From assembly GCA_004431415.1 (NCBI GenBank), contig QPMI01000056.1, positions 1-64,000 on the forward strand: a DNA stretch of 64,000 nucleotides, written 5' to 3'. Position numbers and translations under genes: made by a program. The first letter of the stretch is position 1. Each line of letters starts with the position of its first letter. This DNA is from Cyanophora paradoxa CCMP329 (Eukaryota > Plantae > Glaucophyta). Shown here piece after piece: positions 36,801 through 48,306 of this stretch. The notes beneath the pieces are model-generated. The model ran no database searches. It worked only from the letters and a program-made list of their open reading frames with translations, and had not been told where the DNA came from.

Positions 36801-39800
36801 CAAGGCCCGCCAAGGACGTGCGTCGGCGTCTCGATCACCACTGCGCGCGCGCCGACGCCGAGTCGAACGGCTGCTGACGTCGACGCAGACACGAGGACGC
36901 TGAAGCTGATCCGGGCCTTCTGGGTCTCCCTCGCCAGGAAGAACCTGCACGTGGCCGGCGCCCTCGACGACGTGCCGCGCCGCCTCGCGGACATCGATTC
37001 GCACGTCAAGGACGCCGAGGTCGCCTACACGTCCCTCCTCAAGCGTGCGCCCGCGCGCGCGGCTTTACATTTGTGCACGTGCACGTTTCTCAAGCGCGCC
37101 GACGTCCAGACCTGAACAAATCTGCAGCTGACAGTCAACGTTGGTTCGTGCAGGGTTCTCGAGCAGCAAGATCCTCCTTCGGGCGTACGCTTCGTTCCTG
37201 GATCAGTGTATGGTGCGCAGTATATATGTAGCACATGTGCAAGTACAGTCGCCCCATGGCCATGGATTGCAATTGCAATGGCGAGGTTCATGCACGCCGT
37301 CTAATTTCGAGCCTGACACGCGCGCCTTCGCCAGAACGACAAGGCGAGGTCGCAGCTCTACTTCATGAAGGCGGACGAGGTGGAGGAGAACGAGTCCAAG
37401 ACGGCGTCGCTCTCGGCGTCGCAGTCGCAGAGCCAGTCGCAGAGCCAGTCGGCCGGCGGCGGCGGCGGCGCCGGCGCCCAGTCGGCCTCCGAGTCGCAGT
37501 CGCAGTCGGCCTCGTCGGGGGCCTCGTCGTCGGCCGCCGCCAAGAAGCGCGCCATCGCGAAGGAGCTCAAGCTGCGCTCCAACGAGACGCGGGCCGTCAC
37601 GAAGCTCTTCTGGGGCGTCGTCCTCGGCCTCCTCTTCCTGGGAGCCGTCTCCTGCTCCATGTTCATCGGCGCGCTTCAAAGCTTATATTTAACGGATGCT
37701 TAAAGCTTATAAAGCGAATGCTTCAAAGCTTAGCTATAACGAATGCTTCAACGCTTAGCGACAAGCTTATATATATTAAAGCTTAACGAATGCTTTCCAT
37801 TCTCGACGTTGTGCTTATAGTTGTTTCGTTCAATTTCGCAGTGGTGAAGATCATGTTCGTGCAGTACGACCAGGCCCTCTCACGCCTCCGGATCATGTCC
37901 TTCCAGCGCCGCCGCGTCGTGGTGCGCTGGCGCCGGCGCCCTCCTTCGAATTCGAATTCGTGACCGCCGAACACGCCCCAAGTGCTCAATATCTTATCTA
38001 GATGCTTCGCCGTCATGATCATCGAAATCGCGATCGCCCCAATTGCCTGTGCTTCAAGATCTAGATGCTTCGCGTCATCTAGATCTGCTTTCTCCGAGAT
38101 CTAGATCTAGATGCTTCAACATTGGATTACGGTGCTGACGGCGAGCTCGAACAGGCGGTGAACAACATGGTGCGGTGGATGAACCTCGGGGCCATGCGGA
38201 ACGACTCGGCCCTCTTCAAGCACTGGGCGACCGAGGTCGGCATCCGCTCCAAGGACTTCTCCCACGACCACCACGGCCTCTAGTGCGCGTTGCTGTTAAT
38301 TGTAATGTTTTAAGCCCTCCAGTACTAGTTTAGGTGCATCGAAAGATCAATTAATGTTGCGATTGGGCGCGCAGCTTCGGGTTTCCGGATACGGGCATCC
38401 CCGCGAGCTCGGACGCGAAGATCAAGGAGTTCTGGGGCAAGCCCACGGTCCACACCGTCAAGCACTACCCGGGCCCGCCCGTGTACGAGACGCAGAACAA
38501 CGAGCCGATCTGGGACGCCGGCAACGAAATGTGAGCGCCGCTGCGTTTCGCGTCGAATTCCCCGGCCCATTGCAACCTTCGCGATTATTTGCGCTGACGT
38601 TCGGGCTCACTTCAGCATGATCGCGTGCCGGCGCATCAGTCTCATGACCGAACATCAGTTCAAGGGTCTGCGCGCCCTCTGTCCACGCCGCTCTCGCCCC
38701 GCCGTTCGTGTTAATTCTAATCTGGTCAAATTCGCAGACATTCACATCGTCAAGGAGGCCAAATTCGTCTTCCAGAACGCATTATTCGGCGTGCGCACAC
38801 GCTTGCTGCGAGTTAACGGCGCAAAACTTCCATGCTGATCTCGCCGCGCGGCGCAGATTCTGGATGGGTTCAATGAATTCACCGTACTCTTCGAGGAAGA
38901 GGCGCGCGCGCTCGCTCGCGGCCCCGCTCCCTTTCGAAATATATTAGCACATATTCAATTCCCGGCAATATTTCTAACGAGCCGCCGTGCGCCTCCGCTC
39001 GCGCAGCTTATGGCGACGATCGAGAAGGCGAAGTGGATCATCCTCGCCGTCTGCCTCGTCGCCCAGCTCCTCCTCATCGGAGAGGCCCTCTTCGTCTTCC
39101 GGTGCGCAGATCGAAAGCATTTCCCCAAAGAAAGCCAGCTGATCATGACAGAAACCTGATGCGATTTATTTCATTGCAGGCCGAGCTTCAAGGCGGTGCG
39201 GCTGACGATGCGCGGCGTGTCGGACATCCTCATCGGAATGCCCCGCGCCCGTGCGCATTTCCGAAGTTCCACATTTCCACTCATTAAAATGTTCGATTCG
39301 CGGTCTCACGTCGGGTCTCCGCAGTGGTGAAGCAAGTCGCTAAGCACTACAGCAAGGCGCAAAAACGCGAAAGGGAGAAGTGCGCTCTTAAGCTTACGCT
39401 GCCTTCTGTCTGTCTGTCTGTCTGTCTGTCTTCTAAATTGACGTTTCTTCTTGTTTCCGCGCAGCGAGGGCGGCTCCGACAGCGAGGATTCGCAGTCGCG
39501 CTCGGGAAGCAGCGACGAGGAGCGGGGCTCCGGCTCCAACTCGTCGGACGGCGACCGCGAGAAGCGCAGCGAGGCAGGCGAGGAGGAGGAGGAAGGGCGC
39601 CGACGCCATGGCGGCGGCAGCAGCAAGCGGCGCGTCACCCGCGGGAAGAACGCCCGCTCCGATCGCGACGACGACGAGGACGCGGAGACGGAGAAGGCCG
39701 AGACGTCCGCCGGGGAGGAGGAGGGCGAGGAGGACGCGAAGAAGAAGAAGCGGAAGCACCGGAGGGCGTCCATCGCGAAGGACGAGAAGCGGAAGGGCAA

Positions 39801-42800
39801 GGACCGCAAGAGGGGCGGCAAGGGCCGCGGCCGCTCGGACTCGGAGGACGCGACGGCAACGGCGACAGAGGCCGAGCCGGAGAAGGCGAGCGAATTCGAA
39901 CTAGAAATTTCCTTGATTTCGGGGTCGGCTGAGAAATGTGTTCGACGTCGACAGGTCCCCGTCAAGGCAGAGCCTGCGCTGGACCCGGTCGCCGAGGAGC
40001 GCCCGCGGTCTGCCCTGTCCGCCGGCAGCGCCGGCGCCGCCGCCGCCGCCGACGCCGCGAATTCGAAGAAGAGTTCGAGCTTGCAGCTCGTGCCGGTGCG
40101 CTCGAGCTCGGCCACTGAAGCTTAAGCGGAATGAACGCGGCTGAACGCGGCTTTAGAATTTATATAATATCTATCTATCTATCTATCTATCTAATAATAC
40201 CTAATACCTAAAGCCACTGAAGCGGAATGGAAGGCGGACTCACTGAAGCGGAATGGAAGGCGGACTCGCTGAAGCGGCTGAACGCGGCTTTAGAATAATA
40301 TCTATCTGTCTATCTATCTATCTACTGATAATACCTAATACCTAAAGTACCGTAAGCAGGTTCCGGAGCAGGTGCCGGCCGTGCTGATGAAGCTGCACGC
40401 GAAGCTCGACGACGAGGGCTTCGGATCCGGAGAGCTCCTCGCGATCGAGGGCGAGGGCGACTGCAACGGGGCGACGCGCGAGACGTACGCTCCAGCCCGG
40501 CCCGCGGCCCGGCGGCCGGGCCAGATCTCACAGGCTAGGACGCGCGTCTGTTTGCGCGTGCGTGCGCAGGACGCCGAGCTTCCAGCACCTGGCGCTGGCG
40601 TCGTCCGGCAGCCGCGGCGAGCTCGACCACGAGTCGCCGAAGGCCATGGCCGGCCCCGCCTCGGACCGGTCGACCGGCAGCGCCGTGGTGAGCTCGCACA
40701 TGCAAAAGGCGCTTCGCTTTATTTGATTTCTCATGCAATCGAATCGACGGCAGCTCCTGCACACGCTGAACGTCGAGCACGACGTAGACCCGAGCGCGGG
40801 CGAGGTGAAAATCGTGACCTCGAGCTCTACGGGCGATCGCGAGCTCGAGACGACGGGCCGCAAGGCGAATTCGAAGAGCGGCACCCTCAAAGAACTCGGT
40901 GCTCCGGATCCGTTTGCGTTCTAAACATTTCTAGTAAGCTTCTATCTGAGCGTCAGCGTTTTCGTAATCTAGGACTCAACGATCTGGACGACCTCTTCGA
41001 CAAGATACGGGAGGGGAAGGACGACGGGAAGCCGCTCCGCAAGGGCGACCCCGACGCCAAGACCGCGCCCAAGAAGAAGGCGCGCTTGGCAATCCAACTT
41101 GGAAACCTGTTTGCACAGTATACTTTTTCATGTCTGATCCTCAGCAGGGCAAGAAGTACGAGGCGGAGTCGGACGGGAGCAGCGACGCCTCCTCGCAGCG
41201 CGGCCGCGGGGGGCGCGCCGGCGCAGGCGCCGGGCGCAGCTCGAACAGCCTCGGCCTCGGCCTCCAGATGCAGCTGCGGCCGCCCCGCAGGCGCTCGTCG
41301 GTCGAGACGGGCGCCGTGCAAGGCGCCGCGGCGACGGGAATCCTGCGGAAGCAGATGTCTCTTGAGGAGTCGAAGATGCTGGATCCGGAGGCGACAAAGG
41401 GCGCGGCGGCCGCGGAGGCGGACGCCGAGGAGTCGAAGAAAGAAGCCGCCGCCAAGGCCGAGAAGGAGGCGGCCGACAGAAAGGCACGCTCTCTCTCTCT
41501 GGGCTTGCCGGTCTAGAATTCGAAGCAGGCAGGCTCATTATAAATAATTAACGCCCCCCTCGCACGGATACCACAGAAGGAGGAAGAGGAGAGGAAGAGC
41601 AAGAAGAAGAAGGGCAAGGCGGAGGAGGGGGAGAGCCGCGGGCCCGACGTCCTCGACCTCCTCACCCGCAAGTGTAAGCGAGCTGAAGCTTATATAATTA
41701 AGCCCTAGTCATTAGTCACTAGATAGATATATAGGTGCGCATTCGGCCCTTCGATTTAACTTTGATTTCCGTTCCAGATATGCTCTCGTTCATTTTGATC
41801 GGGGGCATCTTCATCGCCAACTTCCTCATCTGCTACTTCATCCTGGACGCCGGCAAGAACTTCGCCTTCGAGATCAACCTCGCCGGCCGCGTGCGCCCCC
41901 GCCCGGAAATCTAGATCTAATTATAAAAGATCTTCTAATTGCCCCGCGTGCGAAGATCTAATTATAAAAGATCTAGTAGAAAAATCGGTCAACGTCCAAT
42001 AGAAGATCTCGCGACAGCTCGCCGTGCACGTGTCTTTGTCGAATGTTTGTTTCTGCAGCGGCGCTCGATCGCGCGCGAGGTGGCCTTCTACACGCGCGAG
42101 CTCTACATCAACGACGGCATCTTCCTGCCCCGCGCCGAGATCTTCCACCGACTCGTCCAGAAGGCGCGCGCGCCCATGTTCACGCAACTTGTGTATATCA
42201 AGCTTCGTCCACACCGTTACCTAACTTGGCTCCACGTTGCATTAATCAACAGGTGGCGCTCTTCAAGGAGATCCACCAGGGCCTCAAGTCGGGCGACCCG
42301 GCGCACAACGTCTACGGCGCGGACGGCCGCAACAAGGCGAGTGCAAGAGAGAAAGAGCTTGACGCTCTGAAACATATACGACGGATCGCGTCCTGAATCG
42401 CGCGCGCGCGCGCCACAGGAGCTGGACCGGATCATGTACGACGCGCCGCAGTGCCTTCGCCTCGCGGCGGACAAGTGCAACAGGGACCGCGTCCACGACA
42501 TCGAGCTCGTCGACAAGTGCGCTCTCGCAGCTGCTCGCGCTAATCCGGAGAAGAAGAACTCCGATTTCATCAACGTTTCACACTTTTTCTCACGCGCGCG
42601 CGCGCGCATGCGCAGCGGGCTGGACGCGCTGGTGATGGGCGTGCTGGACCTCGTGATCGCGATCATGCAGGAGACCACGCCCGACCTGCTGCTGACGGGC
42701 AAGGAGGACGAGTCCATCGTCGTGGTGATTTGATTTCGGTTTCTTCGCGTTATATATAGTTCTATTTCGTGGGGCTCTTATATCATATATAATTGGCTTC

Positions 42801-43842
42801 TTATGTGTAATTAGTGGGAACTCTTATATCGTTTCTTATATTTCGTGGGGGCAGCACGACAACTACTTCCATATCAACTCGAACAACCTCAACCTCATGA
42901 TGGAGGTGTGCAGAGTCATATAACTTTTGTTGATGAGCCCCGCACGATCGCGATCCAAATCGCCCCAGATTGATGACGGTGACCTGGACGACGGGCTCAA
43001 CCGCGCGGCGGCGGCCCTCGTTACGGAGGCCATCAACTCGATGTCCATCATCGAGCTCATCGAGGTCCGCTCAAGCCGCCCAAATAAATCTCTTTCGTTC
43101 GATCTAGATCTGTGCTTAAGCCTGTCAAATAAATCTTAAGCTTAAGCTTCGTTCGATTTGTGCGGCGATCGCGATCGGCAGCTGACGGAAGCGCGCGCGC
43201 CCCTGCGAGCAGGCTCTTATCCTATCCTTCAACATCGTCTTCCTCGGCTTTCTCTACAGTGCGTTCGGGCGGCTATATTGAGATCTGGAGCCTATGATCT
43301 GCTTGACATTAGAGCGGGCTAAAGCTTACACGCTGCTCGGAATATATATATGCTCGGAATTTTGCCCGTGATATTCCTCCGTGCACGTGCAGCACTATAG
43401 CTAGCTAGTACTGTTCGTCTTTCTCATATTTCTAACCGCCCATGCCTCGGCCCTGCATAGAGCTTGGCAGCTTGGCATAGAGCCAGCTAGAGCTCACACG
43501 CTGCTCGGGTAACGGGCTAAAGCTTATTCGCTGAGCGATCTAGATCTAGAGCTCGGATCCGGAATATATGCTCGGAATTTCGCCTGCGATATCCCTCTCC
43601 GAAATTTAACCGCCCCTGCCCCGCAGTCTATCTCTTCGCGCCGATGCTCTCGCGGCTGCGGGAGGAGTCAGGCCGCACGGGCCAAATCCTTCGTATGCTC
43701 CCCAAGGACGTCGTCATCAAGGTCCGCCAAAGATTAATGCCATTCCGAAGTAAACGTTCCTTTGAACTCATCGCCGGATTCGCAGTGCCCGCACCTCCAT
43801 ATGTACTTTGTCGGCATTCGCGGCGACATGGACGACGAGTAG
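33898..43842 (+). CDS. TmcB/TmcC-like (tiny macrocysts) multi-pass membrane protein with TPR-like region; dozens of short exons
   Basis: N-terminal TM block (VLSVLFSFIDGIQLLAL; F..RPHGRF); TPR-like region (AEALLRAGIEQFPTSAYIQLQYAHFL; IRAFWVSL; AYTSLLK; KILLRAYASFLDQCMND…YFMKADEVEE); later TM blocks; C-terminal APMLSRLREESGRTGQILRMLPKDVV. TAG 43840-43842. ATG 33898 is tentative. Confidence 0.8.
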
Positions 43843-44522
43843 CCTCGCCCATGTCGACCCCGGCCCTGGCCGGCCCGCGGTCGGGCGGTGGCGGCGCCGG
43901 CGCCCCAGGCTTCCGGCTTATAAATAACTACTTAACGTTAACTACTATCGCTTAGCTATATATAGCAACGATATGAGCATTACCGAACGACGTGCCCTTA
44001 AAAAAGCAACAGCGTAGTTTGAAGAGTTCCATGTATGTAAAAGGATCGATATCACCTTTTAGATCTAAAACTTCGGATCCGGAAAAAGTATACATCGAAT
44101 GCCATTGATGTGTGATGATGCACTGTGATCATGCATGTGTGTCGTGATTAACAATGATCGATCATGAATATTAATGGCATGCATGCGCATGCGGGAGCTG
44201 CCGCAGTGCATGCGCAACCTACGTATACAGGCGGCCGCGGGGCCGGCGCGGGCCCGCGGCCGCCGCCGGCGCAGCCCGCCGGCACCGGGCGAGTCCGGGG
44301 CGACTCCGAGTCTCCGAGGCCCCCCGGCGAGGGGGCGAGTAAAACTTACCAGGCTAATAGGCCGCGGCCGGCTTCCCGAGTCCGCGAATTGAATCATTGA
44401 ATATTCGAAATTCGAATTCGAAATTCGAATTTGCCGGAAATTGAGCTGAACATTCACTACGTAGTTACGTCGTAGTACCGTAGTACGTATACCTACTACC
44501 TACTACCTAGAGGCACTGAGGT

Positions 44523-45005
44523 TAGGGTTGCCGCTTACACTTACAAACGACTTACGTAAGTGACTTAACTTACACTCTACTTACACTTACGGCCCCCAAA
44601 AACCGACTTACGGCCGTAAGTCGTAAGTCGCCCCCCAGGATACCCCCTTCGACCAGCGAAAATCGACCTAATTCGGACCCAAAACGATCTAGAAACACTG
44701 TAAAAGCGTGTTTCTCGCTTGTTCAGCGGTCAGTGCGCCTGGAATCGAGGTACAAGCAGCCCTTCAGGGGGTTACAAGGGTCTGGAAGTCATGCTCTTGA
44801 GGGTCTTCAAGTGCTTAAACACGGAGCCAACCTTGTTTAATGTTCAAGCTTAGATCATAACCAATCTTTACGACAGATTCCGAGCGTTTTCGCCTCGCTT
44901 CTACCCCACTTACAGCCGACTTACGGATCGACTTACACTTACACTCCACTTACACTCCCACTTACGGCGGCTCCAGGCTGACTTACGCCGTAAGTGGCAA
45001 CCCTA
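44523..45005. mobile_element. Non-autonomous hAT-type MITE (483 bp)
   Basis: Terminal inverted repeats TAGGGTTGCCGCTTAC … GTAAGTGGCAACCCTA (1 mismatch); perfect 8-bp target duplication ACTGAGGT at 44515-44522 and 45006-45013; subterminal (A)CTTAC repeats at both ends; no ORF. Confidence 0.93.
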
Positions 45006-45653
45006 ACTGAGGTAGGCCGGCTAGGAGGCCAAGAAGGTTTTTGTGTCCCCCCCGGCGGCCGCCGGGCTCTTGTTTTTTTTGTCACTTCTGTGAAAGAGCC
45101 TGCAGCTCGTTAACGTTGTACCGTCACGGCGTCACCAGTGTGACTCACCACCGGTACCGTCACCACCGCCCGGCCAGCCCCGGCCCGGCCCCCGGCTGGC
45201 CCAGCTCAGTGCAGCCTGCGCATGCAGGCTGCAGCCTACCGCCGGCGCGCGGTACTACGGTACCGGTACCGGTAGCTGGCCCCAGCCTGGCCGTCGTGCG
45301 TCCGAGACTCCGAGGCTGAGTCCGAGCCCGGCCTGGCCCGGCTAAGAGCCTTGGGAGGCTGCCAGGCTGGCATGCGCAGCGTGCTCACTGGCAGAGTCAC
45401 TGCGCTAGCGGAGCCTAGCTATAGCGCCGCCTAGGCGGCCTAGCGTACTACGGTAGTGTAGCGGCCAGTAGTAGCGGCGCCTATCGCTAGCCTCTGAGCG
45501 CTCCATCGATACGTATCTGGTATACGTCGTGCGCACCGCGGCCGTGGCACTGCGCAGCCATCTCAAGCTTAAGCTATCCGAGCATCATCGCCGGCGCTCA
45601 CAGCTGCAGCTGCAGCCCCGCCTCGTTCGACAGAAGCGAATATCGATTTTGCA

Positions 45654-46541
45654 ATGGCGCTAGCCTGGGAGGAGTGCGGCCCGTCCGCCCCCACCTTCGC
45701 GTCCACCTTCCTTAAGCTGCTGGGCGAGCCCGGCGACGCCAGCCTGCGGGACGAGATCCAGGTTGCGCACGAGAAGGAGGACCATGCCCGCCTCATCCAG
45801 CTGCTCCACGAAACCATCACCAGCGCCGAGGTACGCATAGTATATGTGCACGCGCGCGCGCAATCGCCCGATCCCCGATCGCACCTCGATTGGCGAGGCC
45901 CGAATAAACATGAGACATTTCGAGTTCCCGCCGCAACTGATATCGATCATCGATTCTTCCGCGTGTGTGTGCGCGCGCGCAGACTCACTGCATGATGGAT
46001 TCGGAAGACTACTCCTACTGCGCCTCGAACCAGCCCGACGTCGAGAGCCCGGGCGACGTCCAGATGACCATCCAGACCGAGATGTGGGAGAAGTGCAAGC
46101 CCGACTACGAGTTTGTTCACGAGACCACGCGCCCGAGCTCGAGCTCGGACCAGCTCGACGCCGACGCGCAGGCCGCGGCCGACGCCGACGCCGAGTTCGA
46201 GGCCGACCTCCTTGCCGTGAGTCAACGCGTTCGCCCCGCGGCCGCACGCCCTGGCCGCGGGCCGGGCCCCGCCGCTCTAAATCTTCGAATCGGTCGCACA
46301 ATTAGAGCATGCGCACTATCGCCCCTCCGATCTAGATCTCAATCTTCGCGCAATGATTAGAGCACTTTCTTTACTATGATAGTGCTTTGACTTTGCAAAT
46401 TGCTTTGGCCGTGATTTGAAAAGCTCACTGTGGAACCATCGCCCTTGCGTTCGCGATCGTTCGCAGGAGGAAGACTTCGCCGAGGCGACAGCGGAGGCCG
46501 AAGCCGACTTCGCCGCCGCCGACCTCGCCGCCGCCTTCTGA
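45654..46541 (+). CDS. Three-exon acidic hypothetical protein
   Basis: MALAWEECG…TSAE|THCMMDSED…ADLLA|EEDFAEA…AAAF, TGA 46539-46541, with in-frame GT-AG junctions. Confidence 0.6.
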
Positions 46542-47518
46542 TCGGGATCGAAATCTTCGACGTCGGATCGTCGATTGCGAGGCGAATTCGGGACATCGGT
46601 AGCGATCGCGTAGCAGTGCCGCAGTGCCTCGCAATCGCGCGCGTTCTGCTGTGCGAGTCAATGAGTGTCCCCGAGGCTCTAGATCTACGCGTCTTCGAAT
46701 CGATGTTATGTTGTCTTAATTACAAGCTTGTTGGCGTCCTCGAACTTCTGATCGATCGCGAATGCAGAGGTCCGATGGTACGTCGGCGTCGGCATCTATA
46801 GCTAGATTAAGCTATAGCTCTCGCGCTCTGAGGCGAGTCGGGGCGGGGGGGGGGGGGGGGGGGAGGTGGGGGGGGGGGGGGGCGGGGCGGGGCGGGAGAG
46901 GTAGGGGGGGAGGGCAGCGTAGCGCGCGGCCGGGCAACGTAATTGTAACGTCCTTCTGGGCCCGCCAGCCTGGCAGGCCAGCTGCAGCATACGAATCATG
47001 AATACCTTATCGTGATCATGACCCTCGAAGAGGCCGACCTCCACGCGGTCGACACCGCCCCCAGTTCCTGGCTCCAGCGGCCACTGCAGCTGCAGCTGCA
47101 CTCGCCTGCCCGCAGAGGCGCACCCCGGCTGGGCGCCCGCCACCCAGCCCTTTACCGAATGCGTACGCCCTCCACGTGCACGTGCCCCACGTCGAATTGT
47201 TTAGCGCCCCGCGCCCATTCCTCCCCGCCCCCCCCCCCCCCCCCACCCTCCCCCCCCCCACCCTCCCCCGCCTCCCCCACCCCAGCCCACCCCACCCCAA
47301 CCCCCACCCCCACCCCTCCTTCTTCAGAGCCTATCTAGGCGGACTGGGCCCGACTCCGAGGGCTGCCACCGGTCCGGCTGCCCCCGGGCCCCACTGCCCC
47401 ACGCTCCCGCCTCCACTGGGCCAGTCGCCCTCCGGTCCGGCGCCCCACTGCCCTCCGCTCCCCGCCCCCAGCCGCGCTCCGGCGCCCCACGCTCGAGCTC
47501 CCCGCCCCAAGCTGCGGC

Positions 47519-47561
<43 letters not shown>

Positions 47562-48306
47562 CGGGGGCAGAACGAACCGTGCCGCTTGCACCCTAAGTTG
47601 CAGGGGCGCGGAATTCGAACGGAGGGCTCGAGCTTGCCGATCAGCTGCTGAACAGCGCTCTTATGACGAGGAGGGACGAGGCCGGGGCTGCTGAGGCCAG
47701 GCGCCGGCTGGGATCGGAGGTCTGCAGCGGCTCTGTAGCTGTCAGAAGCGCATGCACAGAGCTGCGCCGCGGGCGGCGAGGCGGCGAGGGCCGGGGCCCG
47801 GCCCCGGGGACACGACTGCTCAGCATGTGGAGCTCGAGGTGCCGCGCGCCAGTGCCGCGGGGGCGGCGCAGCACGTGCACGCGCTCTGCCCGGTCAGAAG
47901 CGCTGCAGCTGGCGCTCCCCCAGGGGCCGGGCGGGCGCCGGCGCACCGTGGCACGCGCGCGCTGCGCGGCCGCTGGCGGGCAGATCGCAGCTGCGGGAGC
48001 GCGCTAGCTCGAGCCGGAAGCCGGAGCCGGAGCCGCGGAAAAGTAGGCAATGTCAAGCACGATGCCTTCATTGCTTAGCACTGCGGCAACACAGTACTGC
48101 GCGCGTGACAGTAGTGCTCGCGCGCGAAATTGCTGGAATCAGCTGGATCGACGTCTGGGTACAGCGCTAAAGCAGCTCCCCGCCACACCGCCGTGTAACT
48201 GCCGCGCGCGCAACTGCCGTAACTGCCGTAACTGCCGTATAACTGCCGCACATCAGCGCATCGGTCGAAGCGAGCAGAAGCGGCTTTCGGCGTGCGCCAG
48301 AAACCA

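Noticed and set aside
47220-47570. Poly-C and poly-G tracts as an inverted-repeat element (also 26815-26960, 27650-27676, 46845-46910)
   Set aside because: Simple homopolymers with no TSD or defined termini; lengths are unreliable in assemblies.
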